From the sequence record NC_054916.1: 64,000 bases of DNA; one strand, given 5' to 3'. Made by a program: the position numbers and the translations under genes. Under the pieces are notes generated by a model that worked only from the letters and a program-made list of their open reading frames with translations, ran no database searches and had not been told where the DNA came from. This DNA comes from Escherichia phage vB_EcoM-G28. The stretch's first letter is position 1, and each line of letters starts with the position of its first letter. Shown one piece after another: positions 29,824 to 39,737 of this stretch.

Positions 29824-30387
29824 TTACCATTCCAATGCTAGTTTTTTGAGTTGTTTCTGTTCTTTTACGTTCTTAGTCACTTCTTTCAAAAAATCATCCG
29901 TGACTAAACCTTTTAGTTCTTTTAATACTAAAGGAAGTTTTCCATTTTTAGTAAGAATTGATTTATAGTTAATTGCATCATTTGTATTAACTTGATACCG
30001 CTTAGCAAGTAACTTAATAATCAATACTTCGGTAGAATCTTCAACCAGTTTTGCCCATTTACCATATCTTTTACCACGAGGAACAGCAGCCATCAGATAA
30101 TTAAAATGGGCTTCATCGCTTAAACCTGATCCAATTAAATTCATAGCATATACAGCTGGCATGCACTCAGGAAATTGTGATAATGCATTCTCAACCATGT
30201 ATTTTGAATAATCTTTTTGAGCAATAGAGCATTTAGTTTTATTATTGATCGCTCCAATTATTTCAAAAAATTCATTTTCAGCTTTTTCCTTAAAAGAATC
30301 AGCAGCAGATTGGACAGCTGTCCAATCTTTTGAATACCAAGCAACTTGATGCTCGTTTAATTGAATATCATCTTCAAATAAGCTCAT
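29824..30387 (-). CDS. 62: clamp loader small subunit, gene 62
   Basis: 187-aa ORF; ATG 1 nt after gene 44 stop; size/position. Confidence 0.75.
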   Translation of the reverse strand: MSLFEDDIQLNEHQVAWYSKDWTAVQSAADSFKEKAENEFFEIIGAINNKTKCSIAQKDYSKYMVENALSQFPECMPAVYAMNLIGSGLSDEAHFNYLMAAVPRGKRYGKWAKLVEDSTEVLIIKLLAKRYQVNTNDAINYKSILTKNGKLPLVLKELKGLVTDDFLKEVTKNVKEQKQLKKLALEW

Positions 30388-30388
30388 A

Positions 30389-31348
30389 TCACTTCCACTG
30401 CATTTCGCATGCCAATTGAATGAAAAGATATGCTAAATGTAACTCAGTATTAGCCGCAATTCCATGATACTGGTTATTTTCACCAACAATTTCATACATA
30501 CGAATAATACTTTGCGGAGTTACACGTGAATAAATTTCTTCGGCAAGTTTACCTACGAACCACGAATAATCAGCTGCATATTTTGGCGCTAAAGCTCTGA
30601 GCTGTTTAACATCTTTATTTTTGAGAGATTCAAGAACATCATCAATAGCACCACGATCGTTAGTAACCAGTGATAAAATACCAGCATCCAAAACACCTTT
30701 AGATGAATAACTATCGAGCTCACCAATAGTTTTACGAAAATCAGGAAAATTCTTTTTAACCAAAGCTGCTACAACTTTCATATCAGCTATAGCAATTCCT
30801 TCACGCTTGCAGATTTCAGTCAATCGACGAATCATCTGCTTCATCATTTCAATTTTATCTTCATCGGTTGGTTGACCGAACGTAATAACTCGGCAGCGTG
30901 ACTGAAGCGGTTTAATAATACCATCAATATTGTTAGCAGTAATAATAATACTACAGTTTGAACTATAAGCTTCCATAAAGGAACGAAGATGTCGCTGAGA
31001 CTCTGCTAACCCTGAGCGGTCAAATTCATCAATAACAATTACTTTTTGACGACCATCAAATGAAGCTGCACTAGCAAAATTGGTCAAAGGACCGCGAACG
31101 AAATCAATTTTACAATCTGACCCATTCACAAACATCATATCAGCATTTACATCATGACACAATGCTTTTGCTACGGTTGTTTTACCTGTTCCTGGAGAAG
31201 GAGAATGAAGAATAATATGTGGAATCTTACCTTTACTTGTAATAGATTTAAAGGTTTCTTTATCAAAGGCGGGAAGAATACATTCATCGATAGTAGATGG
31301 ACGATATTTCTGTTCAAGAATGTGTTCTTTTTCATTTACAGTAATCAT
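30389..31348 (-). CDS. 44: clamp loader ATPase subunit (RFC-like AAA+), gene 44
   Basis: 319 aa from ATG at 31346-31348 (GAGGA RBS); Walker [11 protein letters not shown], Walker [12 protein letters not shown] motif LQSRCRVI. Confidence 0.9.
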   Translation of the reverse strand: MITVNEKEHILEQKYRPSTIDECILPAFDKETFKSITSKGKIPHIILHSPSPGTGKTTVAKALCHDVNADMMFVNGSDCKIDFVRGPLTNFASAASFDGRQKVIVIDEFDRSGLAESQRHLRSFMEAYSSNCSIIITANNIDGIIKPLQSRCRVITFGQPTDEDKIEMMKQMIRRLTEICKREGIAIADMKVVAALVKKNFPDFRKTIGELDSYSSKGVLDAGILSLVTNDRGAIDDVLESLKNKDVKQLRALAPKYAADYSWFVGKLAEEIYSRVTPQSIIRMYEIVGENNQYHGIAANTELHLAYLFIQLACEMQWK

Positions 31349-31382
31349 AATTTCCTCATTCAAGTTTTAGTGTAAATTATAA

Positions 31383-31396
31383 AGGGCCGAAGCCCT
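31383..31396 (-). terminator. stem-loop terminator downstream of gene 45
   Basis: AGGGC-CGAA-GCCCT hairpin followed by TTTATAATTT on minus strand. Confidence 0.55.
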
Positions 31397-31399
31397 CTA

Positions 31400-32086
31400 T
31401 TAAAAGTCGTGGGTAGAATCAGCTTCAAGAGCTACTACATAATTCGCGTGTTCACCTTCAAATTTAGCAGCGCCTTGTTTACCTTTTGCCCAGAGCAGAA
31501 GTTTATAATTTCCTGGTTGCATTTTCATATTTGCCATATTGATAATGAAATTAAATGTATTTTCACCATCATAATCACCAAGAGTCAAAGAATATTTAAC
31601 ACGGGTCAAAGCAGAATCTTCTACTTTATTAAAACCGTTAATTACGATTTTACCTTCTTTTACTGTGATAGCAATTGTATCAATCTGCAGACCGCGAGAT
31701 ACACGCAACAGCTGTTGAAGGTCTTCAGCTTTAATTTCAGTAACAACAGATGCTACTGGGAATGGAATTGGTTTATTAGGAGCAACTACTGTACTCGGAT
31801 CGGCTGCTGGCCAAAAAATTGTTGAACGAGCATCAGCAATTTTAATATTACCATCTTCTGACTGGGAAATTTCTGCATCATCATTAACTAGAGACAGAAT
31901 ACCGAGAAAACCGTTCAAATCGTAAATCGCTACATCAAAATCAATAGTGTCAGAAATATTTGCTTCCGCATAAGTTGTACCATTAACCGCGCGAGTCATA
32001 ATAAATTGACCGGATTTAAGCATAATACCAGAGTTAATAGTAGCGAAATTTTTAAGCAGAGCAGTAGTATCTTTAGACAGTTTCAT
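31400..32086 (-). CDS. 45: sliding clamp, gene 45
   Basis: 228-aa ORF between clamp loader and rpbA; size/position. Confidence 0.8.
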   Translation of the reverse strand: MKLSKDTTALLKNFATINSGIMLKSGQFIMTRAVNGTTYAEANISDTIDFDVAIYDLNGFLGILSLVNDDAEISQSEDGNIKIADARSTIFWPAADPSTVVAPNKPIPFPVASVVTEIKAEDLQQLLRVSRGLQIDTIAITVKEGKIVINGFNKVEDSALTRVKYSLTLGDYDGENTFNFIINMANMKMQPGNYKLLLWAKGKQGAAKFEGEHANYVVALEADSTHDF

Positions 32087-32141
32087 GTAATTTCCTTCAA
32101 TTCAAATGAGATTTAATTTTATAACTAATTTAATAAAGCAA

Positions 32142-32531
32142 TTAACGATTAAAATCAGCAGCAATTGTTTCCGCAACAATTTGAGCAGCAACAATTAGAC
32201 GTTCATCTGCATTACCGCAATAACCATCTTCAAGGCGTTCACCACATGAAGTCATAATAAATTTAGCACCAGCATTTAGAGATTCTGTCGTATGTTTGCG
32301 CATTAGTTCAATCCATTTATCACTCACTTCACGATCGATGGCTTCATAATACGCATGACGAGCAGGTGCAGATTTAATTTTGCTCTGAATAACTTCCATC
32401 GCGTTATCAGAAAGAGACAAAACCCATGCTCGACGAATTTTATTTTGGTTTTGTGGATTTGATTCAGAACGCACGTGTTTTGGCTGAATATCTTTTACAT
32501 CAACAGTATAATTCACAGTAATTTTAGTCAT
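32142..32531 (-). CDS. rpbA: RNA polymerase-binding protein RpbA
   Basis: 129-aa ORF; size/position only. Confidence 0.6.
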   Translation of the reverse strand: MTKITVNYTVDVKDIQPKHVRSESNPQNQNKIRRAWVLSLSDNAMEVIQSKIKSAPARHAYYEAIDREVSDKWIELMRKHTTESLNAGAKFIMTSCGERLEDGYCGNADERLIVAAQIVAETIAADFNR

Positions 32532-32540
32532 AATACACCT

Positions 32541-32732
32541 TTAGTCATAATAATCAGTAACAGTCCAAGCTTCATTTCTATTGGACATTATTTTTGTATA
32601 TTCTGCTTTAAATGCATTCCTAAGCATAGATTCAGTAACTATATGCTCTTCATTAGAAAAATTATTTCTCAGAATATATCGTTTTATTTCAGGAAAAGTT
32701 AATAAATGCTGTCCAGTTGAATATTCTGCCAC
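32541..32732 (-). CDS. hypothetical small protein
   Basis: 63-aa ORF, apparent GTG start. Confidence 0.35.
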   Translation of the reverse strand: MAEYSTGQHLLTFPEIKRYILRNNFSNEEHIVTESMLRNAFKAEYTKIMSNRNEAWTVTDYYD

Positions 32733-32742
32733 AGTTCCTCCG

Positions 32743-32750
32743 TATAAATA
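32743..32750 (+). promoter_or_regulatory. late promoter box TATAAATA (gp55-dependent) upstream of plus-strand HNH gene
   Basis: exact TATAAATA 33 nt upstream of ATG at 32784. Confidence 0.5.
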
Positions 32751-32783
32751 TGTTTATCACTCGCTGTATCAAAAGGATATGTT

Positions 32784-33500
32784 ATGAATTATAAACTAAT
32801 TTATGAAAAGTTAATCTCTAATGCTAAATCTCGAAAACTTGATTGCTATACTGAATCTCATCACATTATACCACGCTGTTTAAATGGTAGCGATGATGCT
32901 TCAAACTTAGTAGATTTAACACCAGAAGAGCACTATGTAGCTCATCAACTTTTAGTAAAAATTTATCCTTCTGAACCAAAATTAGTCTATGCTGCTAACA
33001 TGATGACAGTTTCCACGAAATACGCTAAACGCAACAATAAAACTTTCGGTTGGATTCGTCGTAAACTCTGGGAAATAGAAAAGAATAAAGAATTCTCCCA
33101 GGAGACACGAAAGAAAATGTCTGATGCAGTAGCTAATAAAGCAAGACTAACTTGTCCTCATTGCGGTAAATCTGGATTAAGCGGGAATATGAATCGATGG
33201 CATTTTGATAACTGCCCGAATCACCCTAATCCTAAAGTTAGACCACCGATGTCTAAAGAACATAGAAATAATATCTCAAACGGACTTAAAGCAATCGTTC
33301 TTGAAGAAACATCCTGCGAATTCTGCGGAATGATAGGCAAGAAATGCGTTATCGCAGCGCATAGAAATTTCTGCAAGAAAAATCCAAATGGACGCAAGAA
33401 AACTGAAAAGACTGGTACTTGCGTCCATTGTGGTAAAGTTACCACTTTCGGAAATTTATCAAGATGGCATAATGATAACTGTAAATATAAACCTAGCTAA
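32784..33500 (+). CDS. HNH homing endonuclease (Mob-like) with three tandem zinc-finger repeats, plus strand
   Basis: 238 aa; HNH core ESHHIIPRCLNGSDDASNLVDLTPEEHYVAH; three C-x2-C-G...N-x2-R-W-H-x-D-N-C repeats; AAGGA RBS; overlaps gene 46 3' end by 8 nt. Confidence 0.8.
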   Translation: MNYKLIYEKLISNAKSRKLDCYTESHHIIPRCLNGSDDASNLVDLTPEEHYVAHQLLVKIYPSEPKLVYAANMMTVSTKYAKRNNKTFGWIRRKLWEIEKNKEFSQETRKKMSDAVANKARLTCPHCGKSGLSGNMNRWHFDNCPNHPNPKVRPPMSKEHRNNISNGLKAIVLEETSCEFCGMIGKKCVIAAHRNFCKKNPNGRKKTEKTGTCVHCGKVTTFGNLSRWHNDNCKYKPS

Positions 33501-35181
33501 TCTTAGCTAAACTAAATCTACCAACTTTTTCCATCTGAATATGCTGACCATATTCTTGTGGGTCATGGTCTTTATGCGAAATTATGAAGAAGTTGGTATC
33601 CTTCAAACCATCTAAAATTTTAGCTACATTTTTAATACCTTCAGCATCAAATGCACCGTCATACACTTCATCAAGAAATAAACAACTTATTTTAACACCT
33701 GAAACTTTTTCAGCAATATCACGCCAAGTAAATAAAAGAGCAATATCAATTCGTGCTTTTTCACCTTGACTAAATGAAGCATAACTAAAATCTTCACGAC
33801 CACGGGATTTAATTGTCTCATTAAATTCTTCATCTAATGTAAACACATAATCCGCTTCCATTATTTTAAGATAATGGTTAATCTGCTTATTAAATAATGG
33901 AATGTACTTTTTAATAATAGCACCTTTAATACCAGAATCTTTGAGCATATCAGTCAAAATTCCTCTATGGTATTTTTCCATTACTAAATTAGTTTTTGTC
34001 TTAACAATTTTATCAAGTTCTTCTTGAAGCAGTGCTATTTCATCAGCGTGGTCAATAAACTCGGATGATGCTTTTTCTATAGCCGCTTTAACCTTTTTAG
34101 CTTTATCTACCGTCGTGATTAAGGATTGCTTTTTATTACGAATATCATTTGCCAATGACTGCTGAGTCTTAATATTATCTCGGTATTCATCGACAAGAAC
34201 TTTTAAATTATCACGATGTGTTGAAAGCTGTTCAAACGAATGCGTGCATTCAGAAACTTTATCTTTAATTTTAGAAACAACTTTATCACCGGAACTTAAT
34301 TGTGACAAACAGGTTGGACATAATCCACCTTCGTGATACATATTAATGACTTTATTATACGAGTCAATTTTTGATTTAATCAAAACTGCTTCTTGACCGA
34401 TTTTATTAAATGCATCAGTCGGGTCTTCATCTAAAACAATATTAACTAATCTTTCATTAGCTTCTTCTATTTCCGATTTTAGCGTTCTAGCTTCCTTTGC
34501 CAAATCGTCATACATATTCTGTAGACGAGTAAGGTTGTCACCAGTTAATTTTTTCTGGCGTTCAACGTTATCATTATATATTTTAATTTGCTGGATAATA
34601 CTATCTTTTTTAACATCAAGCACTTGGTTTTGTGAATTTAATTCACGTATTAGTGCTTTATTAAGTTTATCCATTTCAGCTAATGTTCCTACTTCGAGCA
34701 GGTCTTCGACAAGCTTTCTTCTTGCAGGAGTGGATAGGCCCATAAAAGGGGTATATCCAGCCGTGCCGAGTACGACGATCTGTTTGAAACTGGCGTATGA
34801 CATTCCGATAAGCTGTTCAAATTCTGCTTGGAAATCTTTACTGCTGGCAGATTCATTAAGACGTGTACCGTTAACGGTGATTTCGAAAACATTTGGTTTT
34901 TGTCCTCTTTTGATATAGTACTTTTTCTCATCATATTCCATCCACAGTTCAACTAAAAGTTCTTTCTTATTTGTGCTGTTTATTAATTGGCCTTTCTTTA
35001 CATCACGAAATGGCTTGCCAAAAAGCCCAAATGTGATGGCTTCTAACATAGTAGACTTACCACCGCCATTTCGTCCAGTAATAAGAGTTTTTTGAGCCTT
35101 ATCTAGTTGAATGTCAACTCCATTTTGACCAACTGACATTATATTTTTATATTTTACTCTATTAAGTTTAAATGATTTCAT
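33493..35181 (-). CDS. 46: recombination/repair nuclease ATPase subunit (SbcC/Rad50-like), gene 46
   Basis: 562-aa ORF; Walker A GRNGGGKST, long coiled-coil middle, Walker B LFLDEVYDG. Confidence 0.9.
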   Translation of the reverse strand: MKSFKLNRVKYKNIMSVGQNGVDIQLDKAQKTLITGRNGGGKSTMLEAITFGLFGKPFRDVKKGQLINSTNKKELLVELWMEYDEKKYYIKRGQKPNVFEITVNGTRLNESASSKDFQAEFEQLIGMSYASFKQIVVLGTAGYTPFMGLSTPARRKLVEDLLEVGTLAEMDKLNKALIRELNSQNQVLDVKKDSIIQQIKIYNDNVERQKKLTGDNLTRLQNMYDDLAKEARTLKSEIEEANERLVNIVLDEDPTDAFNKIGQEAVLIKSKIDSYNKVINMYHEGGLCPTCLSQLSSGDKVVSKIKDKVSECTHSFEQLSTHRDNLKVLVDEYRDNIKTQQSLANDIRNKKQSLITTVDKAKKVKAAIEKASSEFIDHADEIALLQEELDKIVKTKTNLVMEKYHRGILTDMLKDSGIKGAIIKKYIPLFNKQINHYLKIMEADYVFTLDEEFNETIKSRGREDFSYASFSQGEKARIDIALLFTWRDIAEKVSGVKISCLFLDEVYDGAFDAEGIKNVAKILDGLKDTNFFIISHKDHDPQEYGQHIQMEKVGRFSLAKIS

Positions 35182-35196
35182 TTTGTATCCAATTGT

Positions 35197-36051
35197 TCAC
35201 AATGAAGAAAATTCTTTAACTAAAGCCTGTAATGAAGCCTCTATTGGATATCCATTCTTAACTAACATTTTCCTAAACATTACATGTTTAGGACGATTAT
35301 ATGATATCCACAATTCATACAATTTATCTTTATTATCCCAATGATAGCCTTTTCGTCGAGATGCTATATGAGCTTTTCTAATCTCCGGATTTTTCCAACT
35401 AGCAGCTACTGAATTTGATATAGCTATTTTATATTCAGGTTTTGATAAAGCAGCACGAACAGCCTTTTGGTGTTTAATTTTATTTTCTTCGTTATTAAAC
35501 CATTCCCTTGAAGCAATTGAAATTTTTTGTTTTGTTTTAAAATTATTTAATCTTTCTTTGTTATCTTTCCTATTTTTTGCTACTGAAAAATATTTTAATG
35601 CCCTTTCTCTAGCAGCATTTCTATTTTGCGGATTTGAATAATACTGTTGAAGCCTTTTTGATATTGTGTCACTTACATCTTGTTTTATAAAACTATATTC
35701 AGCAGCTATTAAATCAACTTCGGCTAAAGATAAATTTTTATATGTTTTTCCTGACATCATTCTATTTAAAGCATTTAGCATTTTTCCATTTTTACCTTTT
35801 GCTAATAAGAAATGTGCTTTAAAATGATTAAAATGACTTAAATTAACTAAATTCCATGTAGATTTTAAATATTCAGGAAATATTGATTTAGGAAGCACGT
35901 GGTGTGCTTCCGTTTTACCTGGAGTTTTAACAGTTGAATTCATAGAAATAAAATTAATGTAAGACTTGGCGTCTTCTTCACTCAACGCTAATTTTTCAAC
36001 TAATTCCTTTATTAAAAATTCATCATTAATGTCAAGTTTAAAATTCTTCAC
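35197..36051 (-). CDS. HNH homing endonuclease (Mob-like)
   Basis: 284 aa; HNH core EAHHVLPKSIFPEY...NLVNLSHFNHFKAH; GTG start overlapping upstream stop (GTGA); C-terminal region similar to HNH at 55701-56480. Confidence 0.7.
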   Translation of the reverse strand: MKNFKLDINDEFLIKELVEKLALSEEDAKSYINFISMNSTVKTPGKTEAHHVLPKSIFPEYLKSTWNLVNLSHFNHFKAHFLLAKGKNGKMLNALNRMMSGKTYKNLSLAEVDLIAAEYSFIKQDVSDTISKRLQQYYSNPQNRNAARERALKYFSVAKNRKDNKERLNNFKTKQKISIASREWFNNEENKIKHQKAVRAALSKPEYKIAISNSVAASWKNPEIRKAHIASRRKGYHWDNKDKLYELWISYNRPKHVMFRKMLVKNGYPIEASLQALVKEFSSL

Positions 36052-36311
36052 AAAAGATTCCTTTTAATGTATCTTTTAGACCATTCTATCATATCATCAT
36101 AATCTAAAAAGTATTCGTCAAATTCAGCCATGCAAACAACGCCTTGTGCTGTTTTTGATGTAATGTAAATTATTCCAACATATCTAGAATCTTCTTCGAT
36201 ATAATCAATATTTGCTATGAATTCATCATTAATGTCAAATGTCGAAAACTTCACAGTATGCATCCTTAATACAAGATACAGCCATATCTCGTAATGATTT
36301 AGGTGTGTCAT
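36048..36311 (-). CDS. hypothetical protein (46.1 position); true start possibly GTG near 36254
   Basis: 87-aa track ORF; internal GTG-AAG...GAC-ATT-AAT-GAT-GAA-TTC with AAGGA RBS duplicates the start region of the HNH gene. Confidence 0.4.
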   Translation of the reverse strand: MTHLNHYEIWLYLVLRMHTVKFSTFDINDEFIANIDYIEEDSRYVGIIYITSKTAQGVVCMAEFDEYFLDYDDMIEWSKRYIKRNLL

Positions 36312-36498
36312 TATCTAAAATGTTGAAGTTAAAAGATACAGCCCAGTCAGTGCAGACTGTAACCTTTTTAATACAATTATCTTCAACCTCTAACGGTTCA
36401 AACCAATATTCAATAATTTCTTTATGCCCAATATCATCTTTTACTTCGCATTCAAAATGCTGACTCATCATAACATTTTTAAATTCATCAAAAGTCAT
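36235..36498 (-). CDS. hypothetical protein (46.2 position)
   Basis: 87-aa ORF, ATG at 36496-36498, 4-nt overlap with gene 47 stop. Confidence 0.45.
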   Translation of the reverse strand: MTFDEFKNVMMSQHFECEVKDDIGHKEIIEYWFEPLEVEDNCIKKVTVCTDWAVSFNFNILDNDTPKSLRDMAVSCIKDAYCEVFDI

Positions 36499-37514
36499 TG
36501 TGTTGCCTCTACATATAACTGATTTGCATATTGAATAAGTGCTTCACGGTCAGAATCAGTGATGTCTGGAATTGCATTAATGTATTCTTCCATCAATGTC
36601 TGAAGAGATTGAACTTCAACTTCTTCACTATCATCTGACTCGACAGAGTTATCAATCTTTGACACAACTCGTAATGAATGCACAACTTTTTCTAGTTCAG
36701 ATTCGAACTTCGTTAGATTTTTGTCTACTTCAGTTACTATAACACGTACTGATAGATTTGTAAAATCTTTATAGTCAATTTTTCCTTTAAATGGATAATG
36801 AATTCTACGATGCCAGGTAGTGTTGTTTGGAATAAATTCCATTCGTTCTGTTTCTGTATCAAACATCCAGAACCCACGAGGGTCATTCTCGTCACCTGCA
36901 GTTAGTGTCCATGGTGTCCCAATATATCTGACGTTAGCAGCCTCAGAGATAGTATGGAAGTGACCAGACCACACTTCTTTATAAGTCTTAAGGAAATCAG
37001 GTTCAAGACCATGAGATTTCATTCCTTTATAAAAATAAAATCCATTCAGTTCCCAGTGACCAACACAAAAAGAAGCAGAAGAAGTTTTTATGTGCTCGAG
37101 AATTTCACCAGTATTTTCTTCACACATCCAAGGAATTAAATCAATTAAACATCCGTCAAAATCTACTGTAGTAGGCTTATCATACACTTTAACATTAGGA
37201 TATTTAGCCAAAAGCTCAGTAGAAGCATTTGGATGCATTACATTTTTGTAGTGGAGATCGTGATTTCCTACAATAGTATGTAATGTGATTCCAGCGTCAT
37301 CAAGCATTTGAACTATTTCACGGGCAAACTCCATAGTTTTATGTGTAATTGCTTTTCGCACATCAAAAATATCACCATATTGAATCCATACAGTAATTCC
37401 ATTTTTCTTAGAATATTCTATCGCTTGCTTAATTCCATCAATTTGAATACCGCGAATCCACTCATCATCAGCTTTAACGCCTAAATGCCAATCACCCAAG
37501 TTTAGTATTTTCAT
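36495..37514 (-). CDS. 47: recombination/repair nuclease subunit (Mre11/SbcD-like phosphoesterase), gene 47
   Basis: 339-aa ORF; calcineurin-like motifs GDWHLG, GDIFD, GNHD. Confidence 0.9.
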   Translation of the reverse strand: MKILNLGDWHLGVKADDEWIRGIQIDGIKQAIEYSKKNGITVWIQYGDIFDVRKAITHKTMEFAREIVQMLDDAGITLHTIVGNHDLHYKNVMHPNASTELLAKYPNVKVYDKPTTVDFDGCLIDLIPWMCEENTGEILEHIKTSSASFCVGHWELNGFYFYKGMKSHGLEPDFLKTYKEVWSGHFHTISEAANVRYIGTPWTLTAGDENDPRGFWMFDTETERMEFIPNNTTWHRRIHYPFKGKIDYKDFTNLSVRVIVTEVDKNLTKFESELEKVVHSLRVVSKIDNSVESDDSEEVEVQSLQTLMEEYINAIPDITDSDREALIQYANQLYVEATQ

Positions 37515-38115
37515 GGTGTCTTTTCCATCCTAATTTAGCTGCTTTTGAAACCAGTTCTTTAATTTTTCCTTTTGTCCATTCAGGACCAGGAGGTTCATGA
37601 CATAACATTTGCTTAACTCCGTTATTATACCATTTTTTACCTTTATTATGTGATGAAGCTTTAAATTTATTTGACCTTCCTTTTACATAACCTTCTGGAA
37701 TATAAGGCAAAAAGGCAGATTTTCCTGTTAATGGATCATGTGAATGTATATTTCCTTTACAATTATGAGAACCATATAATGGATGATTTTGTCCTTTATT
37801 ATCTCTTCCAAATGAACCTTTTGGAGCAGCATATGACATATTAAAGAATAATGGATTTTTAACTGCATCATGCAATCGTTGATAATATAACTCGCATTTA
37901 ATAGCTTCTTCACGCGTATCAAATTCAGCTAAAATGCATGAATCAAATAAGTGAGGATTATCTGAAAGCTCTTTATTATAAATTTTCTTATACTTTTTAG
38001 ATAAAACTGAACCATGATATCCAGCTAAATGCCTATCTAAAGACGTAGATCCAATATAAAAAGGAGGAAGTTTATCTCCGCTATATATTGTTAAATAAGT
38101 TATATATTTTTTCAT
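37492..38115 (-). CDS. GIY-YIG homing endonuclease (Seg-like)
   Basis: 207 aa; TIY-x8-FYIGST module, REEAIKCELYY; 3' end overlaps gene 47 start by 23 nt. Confidence 0.65.
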   Translation of the reverse strand: MKKYITYLTIYSGDKLPPFYIGSTSLDRHLAGYHGSVLSKKYKKIYNKELSDNPHLFDSCILAEFDTREEAIKCELYYQRLHDAVKNPLFFNMSYAAPKGSFGRDNKGQNHPLYGSHNCKGNIHSHDPLTGKSAFLPYIPEGYVKGRSNKFKASSHNKGKKWYNNGVKQMLCHEPPGPEWTKGKIKELVSKAAKLGWKRHHENTKLG

Positions 38116-38277
38116 ATATCAAGAACCGTCATTGAAATGCAAAATAAAATTATTGAAATAAACCCATCTGGTGTGCTAAAGAACCCAATCCAACATGCTC
38201 TAGTGAATAGATAAAATGCAAGAAAAAGTATCACATATCCAAGAAATATCATTATATCAAACTCCGTATAAAGCTAA

Positions 38278-38291
38278 AGGGCCGAAGCCCT
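38278..38291 (-). terminator. stem-loop terminator immediately downstream of alpha-glucosyltransferase gene
   Basis: AGGGC-CGAA-GCCCT hairpin abutting the stop codon. Confidence 0.5.
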
Positions 38292-39494
38292 TTATTTTGT
38301 AATAATGTCAAACTGTTCTTTAAAGCAGAAGCTTGAATCTTGATGCTGATACAAAAATTCATAAGCTTTTTCGCGTTCGCGGTCATAAAGAGTTCGGTCA
38401 GATGACAGTTCTTTAATACGTTCAAATGTTGATTCCATGTCATTTTCATCAAACCAAATGATACCGCTATCATGCGAGGTCAAAGGAGTATTATCAACAC
38501 GGAATTTTAAATTTTCGCCAGTAGATTTCCAAAATACCGGAATTGTTCCACATGCACCAAGCTCGAGATGAGTATATTCTAAAGAGCGCTGTAGATATTT
38601 TTTATCCAACTTACTCAACTGATAACCAAAACCGGATTTACTCATACGTTCAAGCATTTCGCTATTTACATAACGGTCAAGAATTTGCGTTGGTAAATTA
38701 GGAGCAATTTTAATTTGGTCTACTTGATGAAGACGATAATACTCGTATGGAATTCCTTTTTCTTTAATAGGAATGAACGCTGGAGAACGTTCCAGACCTT
38801 CCATAATAGTACTTAGTCCTGCAGGTTTAAGATGTTTTTCATGAAAATCAAACATCTGATAAAAACCTTTCCATGTAGTCGTACGACCAATCCAACGGTT
38901 GATATTCATGTTAATTTCAGAAACATCTTTCCAGTAGGTTGACCGAACCTTCGCAATATCCATAGGAGGCTGAAAGTTATATACTGTCGGTGCTTCTTCA
39001 ATATCATCAAACAGAGAAACTGTTTCAGGATACCATTCTTTCATCAGAACTTTATTAAAATCACCATTATCAGAATGGCTAAAAATAACATCAGCTCGAC
39101 GAACAGTTTCTTCTAATCCCAAATTTCGGCGTAAAGAAAGAGAAGAATGGTCATGTTGATAAACTACAACACGAACCGAAGGTTTAATGTTATCAATAAT
39201 TTTTTTATAGTTATTAATAGTGTCTTCTTCAACTGAAGTAGCAGGAACTGAATTGATAATTAGAATATCACAATCATTTACCAGCTTAAGTGTTTTATCG
39301 TATTCTTTTGCCAATAAAACCGGAATTGAAAATGATTTATAATCATGCGCGCAATTACGAGTAAATGATTTATCTTTAGCATAAACCAAAGTTACTTCAT
39401 GACCATTCTTAATAAACCAATCACGTTGCTCAAGAGAAAATTTAGTTACACCACAACCTTCAAGACCTCGAGCCATAAAAATACATACTTTCAT
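38292..39494 (-). CDS. agt: alpha-glucosyltransferase (HMC-DNA glucosylation)
   Basis: 400-aa ORF in the position of T4 a-gt between gene 47 and gene 55; size/position. Confidence 0.65.
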   Translation of the reverse strand: MKVCIFMARGLEGCGVTKFSLEQRDWFIKNGHEVTLVYAKDKSFTRNCAHDYKSFSIPVLLAKEYDKTLKLVNDCDILIINSVPATSVEEDTINNYKKIIDNIKPSVRVVVYQHDHSSLSLRRNLGLEETVRRADVIFSHSDNGDFNKVLMKEWYPETVSLFDDIEEAPTVYNFQPPMDIAKVRSTYWKDVSEINMNINRWIGRTTTWKGFYQMFDFHEKHLKPAGLSTIMEGLERSPAFIPIKEKGIPYEYYRLHQVDQIKIAPNLPTQILDRYVNSEMLERMSKSGFGYQLSKLDKKYLQRSLEYTHLELGACGTIPVFWKSTGENLKFRVDNTPLTSHDSGIIWFDENDMESTFERIKELSSDRTLYDREREKAYEFLYQHQDSSFCFKEQFDIITK

Positions 39495-39545
39495 TTAATA
39501 TCCTCTTTGTTTTGGTTTATTTTACCAAAAATTTATAAAGCAATA

Positions 39546-39563
39546 TAGGAGCCGAAGCTCCTA
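39546..39563 (-). terminator. stem-loop (TAGGAGC-CGAA-GCTCCTA), possible weak terminator
   Basis: 7-bp stem; downstream U-tract is weak. Confidence 0.35.
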
Positions 39564-39737
39564 TCCACATAATACGCCATACAGAGGCTCGTTAGAACTT
39601 CTAAATTTTCTGCGCTTATATGTTATAGTTCCTTCTGCTTTAGCTTTATCATGAGACTCTTTAAAGCGTCTCATCATTTCCTCTTTAGAGGAACAAATTT
39701 TATTATAATCTATTTCAGAAGTCTGGGTGTTCATCTT

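Noticed and set aside
38252-38473. 73-aa minus-strand ORF overlapping the 3' end of the alpha-glucosyltransferase gene
   Set aside because: Alternative frame inside a 400-aa gene with no RBS; most likely spurious.
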